This document shows, piece by piece, positions 29,603-38,902 of a stretch of DNA of 64,000 bases. Under the pieces are notes generated by a model that saw only the letters and a list, made by a program, of their open reading frames with translations, did no database searches and was not told the DNA's origin. This stretch comes from an uncultured Rhodobiaceae bacterium (GTDB lineage Bacteria > Pseudomonadota > Alphaproteobacteria > MED-G09). The translations under genes and the position numbers were made by a program. Each line of letters opens with the position of its first letter. Position 1 is the first letter of the stretch. The stretch covers positions 15,390 to 79,389 of the forward strand of contig CAJWUE010000001.1 of NCBI GenBank assembly GCA_913047775.1. The letters are read 5' to 3'.

Positions 29603-31603
29603 TTATTGTAAATCCAGCCAGTCTATTTCTGTTTTATTCAACTCAACGCTAAGGGCTTTTACAGAACTCTCAATTTCAAAAAAATTTCTAGGGCCAATCA
29701 AAGGAAAAGTGGAAAATTCCTGATTCAACGCAAAGGCTAAAGCAATCTCTATTGGTTCAAAACCTTTTTCTTTCGCAATAGAAAAGCAGCGCCCCCTTCT
29801 TTGTAGATTCTCATCATTGGCCCAAACCCTTTCTTGCTCAGCCTTGTTAGGATTTGCAGAGTGCTGGTGGCCTTCAAACTCTTTTTTATCTAGAAAAAAC
29901 CCTCGAGATTGGCTCGACCATGGAAAGACAGGTATATTTTCGTCTATCAAATATTTTTTAAAGTGCTCATCAGAACAACTCTTGCATCCAGGCCAAACAG
30001 GTTCGACCATTCTTGCTAAACTAAAATTATTACTTAAAAGGCTAAAAGGTTGTTTCATTGCAGATATAGAATAATCATGAGACTCTCTAAATCTTTCAAG
30101 TGACCAATTTGAGGCTCCATACATTTTAATTAGCCCTTCTCTTTTTAATTCTTCCAGGGCATCAATAAACTCTCCCACAGGTACCTCAGGATTATCTCGA
30201 TGCAAACAGTAAATATCCAAGCAATCAATCTTTAGTCGAGAAAGAGATTCAAGAAGCTGGGTACGAATGGAACTTGGATAGCAATCGGGAGTGTGTGCAC
30301 CTTTACCTAAAATCACAGTTTTTCCATTTAATCCTCTAGATTTTAACCATCTCCCAAGATATTCATCACCTTTTCCTCCGTTATAAATATATGCAGTATC
30401 AAAGACATTCCCTCCTAAAGAGTAGAAATGATCAAACATTGCAAATGCGTGGTTACTGTCCAGTTGATTATCACAACCAAAAACAAGTCTGGATAACTTT
30501 TTGTCTAAACCTTTTAATTCCGTTTGTGGAATTAAATTTTCTTTTTGCAGCAACAATGGATTAAAAAATGAAGAAGCTTTATTCTCGGAAACATCATAAA
30601 CGTATTTAACACCAGCTTTTTTTCTCCAGATATCTAAGCCCATAGCATTTCCATAGCTATCCGAATGAGAGATTGCATCAGATTCGATTTTTGAATCTTT
30701 TAATATATCGGTAAAATGATTTATTTCATTAGTATAAATGCCGTCCTTCGACTCTACTTCAATAATCTTCTTTTCTTGATTATGAATTTCCAAAATAATT
30801 TCCGATTTTCTGTTGTTGTGTTCACCACAGTGCCAAGGATGTTGAATGAAAAGCGTTTTTCTACCATCAGTAACCTTAACTGAGTTTTCCAATTCTCTGT
30901 TTATGGATGAGCTTATGGTAGCATTTGAATTTCCTTCAAAACGTAAATATGCTTTTGAAAAAAGGTCTATTCCTTGTTCATTTAGTTCGGATTCTACTTC
31001 AAATTCTATTGGGTCAAGGAAATCTTTTCTATTAGCTAAACCTGCTATCATTCTCGCCATAGACAAGGGGTAACAACCAACATCCATGATTGATCCTCCT
31101 CCTAAGATAGGGTTAAGAAGTCTATGTTTCTTATTAACATTTGCCTGAAACCCGAAGGAAGCTTCAATGGAAACCGGTCTCTTGGAAAACTCTGATTTAA
31201 TGATTTCTTTTATCTTATTAGTTTGGGCATGCATTCTGTACATGAATGCTTCCATCAATAATAAATTATTTTTTTTTGCCATATGTATCAGAATCATAGT
31301 TTCGGTTGCGTTCATGGCTAACGGTTTTTCACATAGAACCGATTTTTCTTTTTCCAAAGATTTGAAGGCTAGATCAAAATGAAAGGGATGCGGCGTGGCA
31401 ATATATATAGCATCAACATTTTTGTGATTTATTAGCTCATGATATCCAGCAAACCCCGAACAATCAAACACACTACTGAACTCTTTAGCATTACGAGCTG
31501 ATCGACTGGCAACACCAAATAATCTAGATTTTTTACTAGTTTTTATAGCTCTAGCAAATATCTTTGCAATTGATCCTGTTCCTAAAATACCCCATTCAAT
31601 CAC
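29603..31603 (-). CDS. Bifunctional oxidoreductase: N-terminal Gfo/Idh/MocA-family NAD(P)-binding dehydrogenase fused to a C-terminal aldo/keto reductase (AKR) domain
   Basis: N-terminus 'GILGTGSIAKIFA' with the 'EKP' motif (Gfo/Idh/MocA). C-terminal half 'GCDNQ..GGNVFDTAYIYNGGKGDEYLG..LDIYCLHRDNP' (AKR). Confidence 0.65.
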   Translation of the reverse strand: MIEWGILGTGSIAKIFARAIKTSKKSRLFGVASRSARNAKEFSSVFDCSGFAGYHELINHKNVDAIYIATPHPFHFDLAFKSLEKEKSVLCEKPLAMNATETMILIHMAKKNNLLLMEAFMYRMHAQTNKIKEIIKSEFSKRPVSIEASFGFQANVNKKHRLLNPILGGGSIMDVGCYPLSMARMIAGLANRKDFLDPIEFEVESELNEQGIDLFSKAYLRFEGNSNATISSSINRELENSVKVTDGRKTLFIQHPWHCGEHNNRKSEIILEIHNQEKKIIEVESKDGIYTNEINHFTDILKDSKIESDAISHSDSYGNAMGLDIWRKKAGVKYVYDVSENKASSFFNPLLLQKENLIPQTELKGLDKKLSRLVFGCDNQLDSNHAFAMFDHFYSLGGNVFDTAYIYNGGKGDEYLGRWLKSRGLNGKTVILGKGAHTPDCYPSSIRTQLLESLSRLKIDCLDIYCLHRDNPEVPVGEFIDALEELKREGLIKMYGASNWSLERFRESHDYSISAMKQPFSLLSNNFSLARMVEPVWPGCKSCSDEHFKKYLIDENIPVFPWSSQSRGFFLDKKEFEGHQHSANPNKAEQERVWANDENLQRRGRCFSIAKEKGFEPIEIALAFALNQEFSTFPLIGPRNFFEIESSVKALSVELNKTEIDWLDLQ

Positions 31604-31614
31604 CGAAAAGACCT

Positions 31615-32016
31615 TTAGCTAAAAATCTTAACGGCAAAGCTTATTAATGACCCAAGAACAAAAATATAAATTGGTGGCATGCTAATATATAGACCAAGGG
31701 ACCTCTGTTCAGGGGATTTATAATATCCGTAAGCATAACCAAGGCGTCCTATGGGCCATAAAATTCCTATTCCTGTCGCCCATATTGGGTCTACAGCAAA
31801 AGAGAATAACCATAATCCTGGAAGAAAAAGAGCTAGATGCTCAAGAGTATTCTGATGAACACGTACTCTTCTAACATAATCATCAGGACCATCATGAGAT
31901 GGTGCAAGTATTTTATATTTCATACGCGCCGTTCCCGATTTGAATAAAGTAAAATAATAAACAAGCAAAGCAACACTACTAAGAATTCCTGGATAAACAA
32001 AATCGCCCATAATCAC
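31615..32016 (-). CDS. MAPEG-family membrane protein (microsomal GST-like)
   Basis: 133 aa, 3-4 TM helices, 'RRVRVHQNTLEHLALFLP' resembling the MAPEG R..R.H.N.LE motif. Confidence 0.55.
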   Translation of the reverse strand: MIMGDFVYPGILSSVALLVYYFTLFKSGTARMKYKILAPSHDGPDDYVRRVRVHQNTLEHLALFLPGLWLFSFAVDPIWATGIGILWPIGRLGYAYGYYKSPEQRSLGLYISMPPIYIFVLGSLISFAVKIFS

Positions 32017-32017
32017 C

Positions 32018-32644
32018 TCAATAAAAAATCTCTAATTCTCCAAAAAGTATCCTTAGAGAAATAAATATCAACAAAAAACCTGTTATCTTTTCTAGCCAAG
32101 GAAAATATTTATAAACGATTCCATTAGCTCTATTATTTGTCAACATTACACTAAGAAAAGAAAACCATACAAAAGTGGCTATTGACATGTATGCGCCCAT
32201 AAATATCTTAAACATTATTGGGGTATTTTCTGAAATTACCAAAGAAAAGACTGTAATAAAGAAAATAAAAGCTTTTGGATTAAGAGTATTTGTCATAAGG
32301 CCTGTGGCAAAAGATTTTAACTTCTTAACTTCTTGGGAGGAATCTTCACCTAATTCTCGTAATCTGCTCGTCGAGAGGATAGATACTAACCCTAAAAAGG
32401 CTATATAAAGGGAACCTAATATCTTAATTACATTAAAAATTAATGGTTGGTGTTGAATAAGAAGACTCAAGCCAGTTAATGATAAAAATACATGAAAAAC
32501 GATACCCATCGCAATTCCTAGGCTTGACCATAAAGCAACAATTCTTCCGTAACGAAAACATTGTCTGGTTATCAAAGCAAAATCGGGGCCTGGGCTTACA
32601 ACCGCAAAAATATGCATAACCGCTACTGTAATAAATTCTACCAT
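32018..32644 (-). CDS. LysE/RhtB-family amino-acid/metabolite exporter
   Basis: 208 aa, six TM helices, N-terminus 'VSPGPDFALITRQ' typical of LysE/RhtB translocators. Confidence 0.7.
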   Translation of the reverse strand: MVEFITVAVMHIFAVVSPGPDFALITRQCFRYGRIVALWSSLGIAMGIVFHVFLSLTGLSLLIQHQPLIFNVIKILGSLYIAFLGLVSILSTSRLRELGEDSSQEVKKLKSFATGLMTNTLNPKAFIFFITVFSLVISENTPIMFKIFMGAYMSIATFVWFSFLSVMLTNNRANGIVYKYFPWLEKITGFLLIFISLRILFGELEIFY

Positions 32645-32652
32645 CTCAAGAT

Positions 32653-33723
32653 TTAGACAATATTCTCAAATTCTTTTTTAAGATAGTTTGATACATAGTT
32701 GTTCTTATAAAAGTCACTATCAAGAGGTATTATGTCATTAATGATTAATTTTTTTGCAACCCTCACCATTATTACTGAAAATTTAAATAATGCGAGCAAT
32801 CTATAATAAGAATAATTCTTTGTAGAAAAACCCGTGTTCTTTTCCCAAATATCTATTGCCTCTTGATTCTCGATTGAACCTTCGAGTTTAGGTATCTCCA
32901 ATCCTAAGCTGCTGGAATCATCAACCGCTAGACCCCATGCAAGATCCATAACAGGATCACCGACAGTCGCCATCTCCCAATCCAAAAGAGCTTTTGCCTT
33001 AAAATCTTTATACAAAATATTACCTGGTCGACAGTCTCCCCAGCAAAGTTTGTAAGCTTGTATATTCTTAGGTTTATTAACGTTTAACCACTTTAATGCT
33101 TCTTCACAAACAAGGTTTTCTTCTCCCTCCATTCCCCATTTTAAAAATTCTTCATAATAAATTAATTCTTTATCCAAGCTTCCGGTTCTTATCTGGCCCC
33201 CTAAGAATTCATCTAAATCCAACTCTTCCAATTCTTGAGAATGTAAAATACTCATATAATACAGCCACTCCAGCCATACACTTCGTCTTTGTTCTTGCGA
33301 AGCCTTGCCCATCATTCCCTCAGGATCCGTATGATAAGGAGGATTGTCAGAAGGTGCTTCTCCTTCAATAAAGTTCATAATATAAAATTCAGAACCTATA
33401 ATTGACTCATCTACCTCATAATAAAGAATTTCGGGTGTGGGAAGCCCTTTTGTTCTCAGTATTCTCATTATTCTTGCCTGAAAATGAAGATCGTAATTGG
33501 GGAAAACTTTAAAACCACTTGGCTTTAATCTCAAAACAAAATCTTCATTCATTTTTTTAGATGACAGATTGAAAACAAAAGTTTCGTTTGAAAAGCCTGT
33601 GGTTATTGAGCTTTTGCGAGGTTTGATTTTTAATTTTTGGCCTGAAAACTTATCTTGGGAATGAAGCCACTCTCCAAGAAGCAGTAATTTGTTCTCAAAA
33701 TTCTTTTCTGTACTTACTGGCAT
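32653..33723 (-). CDS. Aminoglycoside-phosphotransferase-like (APH/CHK) small-molecule kinase
   Basis: Catalytic loop 'WGDCRPGNILY' and 'DWEMATVGD' (Brenner / DFG-equivalent). Confidence 0.65.
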   Translation of the reverse strand: MPVSTEKNFENKLLLLGEWLHSQDKFSGQKLKIKPRKSSITTGFSNETFVFNLSSKKMNEDFVLRLKPSGFKVFPNYDLHFQARIMRILRTKGLPTPEILYYEVDESIIGSEFYIMNFIEGEAPSDNPPYHTDPEGMMGKASQEQRRSVWLEWLYYMSILHSQELEELDLDEFLGGQIRTGSLDKELIYYEEFLKWGMEGEENLVCEEALKWLNVNKPKNIQAYKLCWGDCRPGNILYKDFKAKALLDWEMATVGDPVMDLAWGLAVDDSSSLGLEIPKLEGSIENQEAIDIWEKNTGFSTKNYSYYRLLALFKFSVIMVRVAKKLIINDIIPLDSDFYKNNYVSNYLKKEFENIV

Positions 33724-33725
33724 GA

Positions 33726-34820
33726 TTACCGATCAAAAAGGTCTTTGAATCCACTTGGTTTATGAGGCCCTAAAATTAGCTCCTCCAAAACCCCTAAGCC
33801 TTTATAATTATTTTTATCCATGACAAGTTCTACAGTACATACAGATTGAATATGCAAAAATGGAGGGTCATGGGGATCTTCTTCCAAGTTATAACTGTCG
33901 TAGGTGGTCTCATTTTCACCCTTATAGTGACCGTGACCCCATTCTTGATGCATATATCCTAATCCGCACATGAATATTTTATTCTCGGGCTTAATTGTCA
34001 TCCTCAGGTCTTTTCCTGACTTTCTTTCAGCATTTATAATGAGGGAATCAACTCTTCTGGATCCTTTTTTATAAGAAACTCTCTTTTCCAAATTTGATAG
34101 TTCTTCAATTTTAGAATTGTTTTTATCTTGTAATACAGAATGGCCATTAATAGTTTTCCCCGATTCATTATCGACAAAATAAATGTGAGTTGAGAAACCG
34201 TCAAAATGTGTAGGATTCCATAACCAGTAAAACTGGGGAATTTCTAGGGGAACTATAGGTTGGCTATCAAGGGTCCCTACCGGCCTTACCCCCCATGATC
34301 TATCTCGGGTACCAATCGTGGTTTCATGGTCAATCTCTAGATCAACACCTTGAAGATTTATTTGTCCTTCCCATACGCCTTGTTGAACCATTCTGCAAGT
34401 GTCCATAACTAACCTTGGGCCGTTATGGAGTTTCATCTTTGGTTCTTGCATTACTTGATAGATTCCGTCAAAAATCAGGTCGGCGGATATATTGGCCTCC
34501 TTGTCATCAACTTTTATTTCTAACCTTTGTAGAGCATCGAGAACATTAACTTCAATAGATCCAACTTTGGTATTTAATCTTTCCTCATTTAATATTCGTG
34601 ATGCCCTGCAATTATGCTGTTTCCCTTCATAAGCAACCGTAAACGCAGCATCCATAATATTTAGATTGGGGTAAACACATAAAGCTGCTGCAAAATATAC
34701 CTTTCTGTCTTTTGTATAGCCGTTAAAGAAGTAACGGTCATAAAAATTTCTGGAACTACCAACTTCTGAAATGGGGCTGGCTAATTGATGGACAGGGTAA
34801 TCATCAGCTTTGGTTAACAT
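33726..34820 (-). CDS. Conserved hypothetical protein, function unknown
   Basis: 364 aa soluble protein with His-rich 'MHQEWGHGHYKG'. No family recognised from sequence. Spacing to both neighbours suggests translational coupling. Confidence 0.45.
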   Translation of the reverse strand: MLTKADDYPVHQLASPISEVGSSRNFYDRYFFNGYTKDRKVYFAAALCVYPNLNIMDAAFTVAYEGKQHNCRASRILNEERLNTKVGSIEVNVLDALQRLEIKVDDKEANISADLIFDGIYQVMQEPKMKLHNGPRLVMDTCRMVQQGVWEGQINLQGVDLEIDHETTIGTRDRSWGVRPVGTLDSQPIVPLEIPQFYWLWNPTHFDGFSTHIYFVDNESGKTINGHSVLQDKNNSKIEELSNLEKRVSYKKGSRRVDSLIINAERKSGKDLRMTIKPENKIFMCGLGYMHQEWGHGHYKGENETTYDSYNLEEDPHDPPFLHIQSVCTVELVMDKNNYKGLGVLEELILGPHKPSGFKDLFDR

Positions 34821-34839
34821 TTATAAGTCCCTCTATAGG

Positions 34840-35838
34840 TTATCTAGAAACAAAATCAGATAGAAAATCTACAAAAATACTATCATCATTGAGACATGGT
34901 ATATAGGTAAATTCTTTACCTCCGGAATTAAGAAAAGTCTCTCTTCCTCTAATTTCCATTTCTTCTAATGTTTCCAAATTATCGACCGCGAATGAAGGGC
35001 ATACAACTGCAAGTTTTTTAATATTCTTCTTGGGAAGTTGCTCTAAAACCTTATCGGTAAAGGGTGTGAGCCATCCAGGCCCTATTCTGGATTGAAAGGA
35101 TACACTCCATTTTTCATTTTCTAAACCTATCTCTTCTGCACACAGCTTTGATGTTGAAAATGCCTGATGTCTGTAACAGAATTCGTGTGAGGGAGATTCT
35201 ATATCACAACAATCATCGGTTGAAAAACAATGCGAGACCGTGGGATCGACCTTCCTAACATGTCTCTCTGGAATACCATGGTAGCTGAATAACAGATAGT
35301 CATATTCATTAGGAAGATTATCCTGAATACTATTTTTGAGTGCTAAAATATATCCGTTCTCACGAAAAAAAGGTTCAGAAATATTTACTGACACATCATT
35401 TTCTATATTTTTTACAACACTTTCAATTTTTAGTTTTGTTGATAGAGATGTCGATTGGGAATATTGGGGATAGAGAGGAACGGCAAGAATCTCTTTACAT
35501 CCTTTATCAATGAGATTATTTAAGCCATCCTTTATTGAAGGTTCTTGGTAACGCATAGCGACTTCGACGGGAATATTAATCTTCTTACTTAATTTTTGAG
35601 CAAGAGAACGGGTATTGGTTATTAAAGGTGAGCCCTGATCAGTCCATATCTGTTCGTACGCTATCTTTGTTTTTGGGGACCTAAAAGGAACAATAATAAA
35701 ATTCACCAAAATAAACTGTAATATTTTCGGAAAATCTAAAACACTATCGTCAGATAAAAACTCTCTGAGATATTTCCGAATTGAGGAAATTTTAAGATCC
35801 ATTGGGGATCCTATATTAATTAATAAGATAGCTTTCAT
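34840..35838 (-). CDS. hemH: Ferrochelatase
   Basis: 'ILLINIGSP' and 'VPLYPQYSQSTS' signature. Confidence 0.85.
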   Translation of the reverse strand: MKAILLINIGSPMDLKISSIRKYLREFLSDDSVLDFPKILQFILVNFIIVPFRSPKTKIAYEQIWTDQGSPLITNTRSLAQKLSKKINIPVEVAMRYQEPSIKDGLNNLIDKGCKEILAVPLYPQYSQSTSLSTKLKIESVVKNIENDVSVNISEPFFRENGYILALKNSIQDNLPNEYDYLLFSYHGIPERHVRKVDPTVSHCFSTDDCCDIESPSHEFCYRHQAFSTSKLCAEEIGLENEKWSVSFQSRIGPGWLTPFTDKVLEQLPKKNIKKLAVVCPSFAVDNLETLEEMEIRGRETFLNSGGKEFTYIPCLNDDSIFVDFLSDFVSR

Positions 35839-35993
35839 ATATCAAATTTTTATAAATTTAATTCAAGAAAGAGTAAAGCCCAACAAAAAATATTTAAAAT
35901 CATAAGAATTCTTTCAAATTCATTAATTTTACAATTCAATAGTAGAAGTAAAATAAAAAATTTAATAAGATCAACGTATTATAGGTAAAAAAA

Positions 35994-36923
35994 TTGAAAA
36001 AAATATACCAAAATGATGATGGGTTATCTTTAGCCTCGCACCCTATGGACAAAATACCCATTAGGGATCTACGATTCAAATTTAAAAAAGTTGAAAACCA
36101 TAATCCGGTTTGGAGTGAAACAAATCCGGAGTTTTCAATTTTTATGAATGCTTTAGGAATTCATATCCCATATTTTGAGAAATTCTTGGTAAAAGTCATG
36201 AGAGAATACATGCCAGAAATAGAGGATGGGAATCTTATCAAAGATATCAATAATATTATTGGTCAGGAATCCCAACATGCTTTTAATTTTTTGTTGTGGA
36301 CAAAGGCAATGCAAGAAAGTTACCCAAAATTAGAAAAACTAGATATGGATGCTAAAAGTTATTTTAACAAAGCATTAGAAAGAAAAAACAAACAATTTAA
36401 AATTGGCTTTACAGCTGGTTATGAAACCTTCACTTTCCTCGGCGGTATGATTATCCTAAAGAGATACAAGGAACTTATGGAAGTTGCAGATCCAACAGTC
36501 AGGGCATTTTGGGTGTGGCATCAAGTAGAAGAAGTGGAGCACGGTTCTGTTGCTTTTGATTTTTTTAAAGCTTTTTACGAGAAAAAAGAATGGTACCGGC
36601 GTTATATGGTTGTTTTAACGTTTTGCCATATTGTTAAGGAAACCTTTAAGGCGTACTCTCATATGATAAAAAAAGAAGGTTATTACTCCTCTTTATTCAA
36701 AACTTTCAAAGCATGGAAATTCTTCCTCTCTTTTGGTTTTGAGCTTGGATACACAGCCTTACCAGTTCTCAAGCGGGATTATCATCCGAGAAATCATCCT
36801 ATTTGTAATGACAAACAAAGTGAAATTGCTATTGCATGGAGAGAATTTTATTCCTCGGGAAATAATGCACTAACCCTAACACAAGACGACATGGATGTTT
36901 TGTTAGAAAAAAAGATATTTTGA
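35994..36923 (+). CDS. Predicted metal-dependent hydrolase-like protein (PF10118-like)
   Basis: 'WHQVEEVEHGSVAFDFF' His/Glu-rich motif. This is a weak family assignment. Confidence 0.4.
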   Translation: MKKIYQNDDGLSLASHPMDKIPIRDLRFKFKKVENHNPVWSETNPEFSIFMNALGIHIPYFEKFLVKVMREYMPEIEDGNLIKDINNIIGQESQHAFNFLLWTKAMQESYPKLEKLDMDAKSYFNKALERKNKQFKIGFTAGYETFTFLGGMIILKRYKELMEVADPTVRAFWVWHQVEEVEHGSVAFDFFKAFYEKKEWYRRYMVVLTFCHIVKETFKAYSHMIKKEGYYSSLFKTFKAWKFFLSFGFELGYTALPVLKRDYHPRNHPICNDKQSEIAIAWREFYSSGNNALTLTQDDMDVLLEKKIF

Positions 36924-36950
36924 AATTTTAATAATTAAGGAGAGATCATA

Positions 36951-37448
36951 ATGAATTTATCAAAAGAACAGAGTCAAAAACTGGCTCTTTTAGTCATAGG
37001 TCATGGGATGCTTGTTTTGTTAATTGGGTTAGTCGCTGGGCTAATGCTAGTCTTTTCATTACTCGATGCTGTAACTATATGGCCATTACCCGTTTGGGAT
37101 ATCACCATTCCTGGATCAACTCGTGGATGGCAAGCGGCCCATGTTGGCGGAATTCTTAATGGAGTTATGATTGCTGGCGTTGCCCTTTTGATGAAAAGAC
37201 TTCAAATTTCAGGTAGTAGAGCTTTTTGGGTTGGTTGGGGAATGATTATAACAGGATGGGCAAATACAGTTTTTTATTGGGGGGGAAGCCTTTCGAAAAA
37301 CAGGGGTTTGTCTGTAACGGAAACACCTTTTGGAGAAGGAGATTTCTTTGGAGCAGTAGCTTTTCTATTTGGGGCTCCTGGTATGATTTTTACCTTTATC
37401 GCAATTACAATAATCGCAATTTCTGCATTTGAAAAAGCCAAAGAATAA
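36951..37448 (+). CDS. Hypothetical membrane protein
   Basis: 165 aa, four predicted TM helices, Gly/Trp-rich. Confidence 0.4.
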   Translation: MNLSKEQSQKLALLVIGHGMLVLLIGLVAGLMLVFSLLDAVTIWPLPVWDITIPGSTRGWQAAHVGGILNGVMIAGVALLMKRLQISGSRAFWVGWGMIITGWANTVFYWGGSLSKNRGLSVTETPFGEGDFFGAVAFLFGAPGMIFTFIAITIIAISAFEKAKE

Positions 37449-37464
37449 AATTAGGATCTTTAAA

Positions 37465-37776
37465 TTATTTCATATTCTTGGCTACAGGCAAAAGCCAAAA
37501 ACCTAACCAGGTATTAACTATAATTTTTATAGTGCCTAAAATTGCTGCGGGAAAAGACCAAAAAAAGACATAGATTGGTTTGAAAAACCAAAGATAAGTA
37601 AAAAATAAATCCCTTAATATTGAAAGATTTTCTTGCAAGAAAATGTCAGTCGAAAGGGACAGAATGGAGTGATCTGTAGAAAAAATTATCCAAAAAACCC
37701 AAATTAGAAAACCAGCTCCAATAGGGGTTGTGTAGATCAGAAAATATGCAAAACCTATAAGAAACGCTCTCATCAT
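37465..37776 (-). CDS. Hypothetical small membrane protein
   Basis: 103 aa, three TM helices, Phe/Trp-rich. Confidence 0.35.
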   Translation of the reverse strand: MMRAFLIGFAYFLIYTTPIGAGFLIWVFWIIFSTDHSILSLSTDIFLQENLSILRDLFFTYLWFFKPIYVFFWSFPAAILGTIKIIVNTWLGFWLLPVAKNMK

Positions 37777-37798
37777 GGTCTCCAGATGTTATTAATAA

Positions 37799-38563
37799 TT
37801 AGGCAGTACTTCCACCATCAATAGCATAAACTGAGCCAGTAATAAAACTGCTATCATCACTTGCTAGAAACAACATTAATTTAGCTACGTCTTCAGGCTC
37901 ACCATACCTTCCAAGAGGTATATTTGATGCCATCACACCTTTAGCTTCCTCTGCCCCTCCAGGCATTAAACCCTCCTCTATACTCCTCATCATTCTCGTT
38001 TCTACCGGAGAAGGATTTATAGAATTAACCCTTATATTTTTCTGTGCACATTCCTTTGCTGCTGATTTCATTAATCCAATTACAGCATGTTTACTTGTAG
38101 CATATGGTCCAAGTTGTGGGGTTCCTGAAAGACCAGCAATACTAGATGTAATGATAAAGCTTCCACCACCTCTTGAATCCATAGCGGGTATCGCAGCTTT
38201 TAGACCTAAAAAAGGTCCCTTAACATTAACTGCTATCACTTGATCAAACCTGTCGATGTCATATTCCTCAATCGTTTTAATGTCGCCTTCTATACCAGCA
38301 TTAGCTACAAAAATATCTAATCCTCCATACTTCTCTTTAGCAATTTCAACCGCTTTCAAATTATCCTCAAATCTCGTTACATCTCCAACGAAATAGCTAA
38401 GATTATTTGATTCCAATTGCTCATAAGTCTCAATAATATTCTCTTCATTAAAATCAAAAAGTAGGACTTCTGCGCCTTCAATTAGAAATTGTTTTGCAGT
38501 AGCTCGCCCTATACCTCCAGCACCCCCAGTAATAATAGCCACTTTACCTTCCAACCTTTTCAT
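37799..38563 (-). CDS. SDR-family oxidoreductase (3-oxoacyl-ACP reductase-like)
   Basis: 'ITGGAGGIGRATA' and 'YATSKHAV' (YxxxK). Confidence 0.75.
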   Translation of the reverse strand: MKRLEGKVAIITGGAGGIGRATAKQFLIEGAEVLLFDFNEENIIETYEQLESNNLSYFVGDVTRFEDNLKAVEIAKEKYGGLDIFVANAGIEGDIKTIEEYDIDRFDQVIAVNVKGPFLGLKAAIPAMDSRGGGSFIITSSIAGLSGTPQLGPYATSKHAVIGLMKSAAKECAQKNIRVNSINPSPVETRMMRSIEEGLMPGGAEEAKGVMASNIPLGRYGEPEDVAKLMLFLASDDSSFITGSVYAIDGGSTA

Positions 38564-38609
38564 ATTTATTTTCCTTTTTTCCTTAGATTCTAATGAAACT
38601 AATAACCTG

Positions 38610-38888
38610 CTAATCCTTAATAAAAACCCCCTCTTTCTTTAAGAGTTCTCTTTTTTTGTTTCTCCCTCCTTTTCCACTATATCCACCCAAACTGCCATTC
38701 GATTTAACAACTCGGTGACAAGGGATAATAATGGGGTAAGGATTTTTTCCGCAAGCATTAGCAACTGCTCGAGAAGATTTTGGCCGACCTATCGTCAGAG
38801 CAATTTGTTTGTAAGAAAGTGTTTCACCGCGCGGAATTTTTTTTATCTCTTCCCAAACTTGAATCTGAAAAACAGTTCCAACCATCAT
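38610..38888 (-). CDS. MGMT-family protein: methylated-DNA--protein-cysteine methyltransferase DNA-binding/active-site domain only. The start is probably Met19 of the listed ORF.
   Basis: 'VFQIQVWEEIKKIPRGETLSYKQIA' and the active-site 'IPCHRVV'. There is no N-terminal Ada/Ogt domain. Confidence 0.65.
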   Translation of the reverse strand: MMVGTVFQIQVWEEIKKIPRGETLSYKQIALTIGRPKSSRAVANACGKNPYPIIIPCHRVVKSNGSLGGYSGKGGRNKKRELLKKEGVFIKD

Positions 38889-38902
38889 TAAATTGTTTTT
38901 TG

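Noticed and set aside
36951-37448. Locally elevated GC (about 43-45%) around the membrane-protein genes as evidence of horizontal transfer
   Set aside because: Hydrophobic membrane proteins (Leu/Ala/Gly/Val codons) raise GC in an AT-rich genome. The conserved IOR and Mur genes show similar local values.
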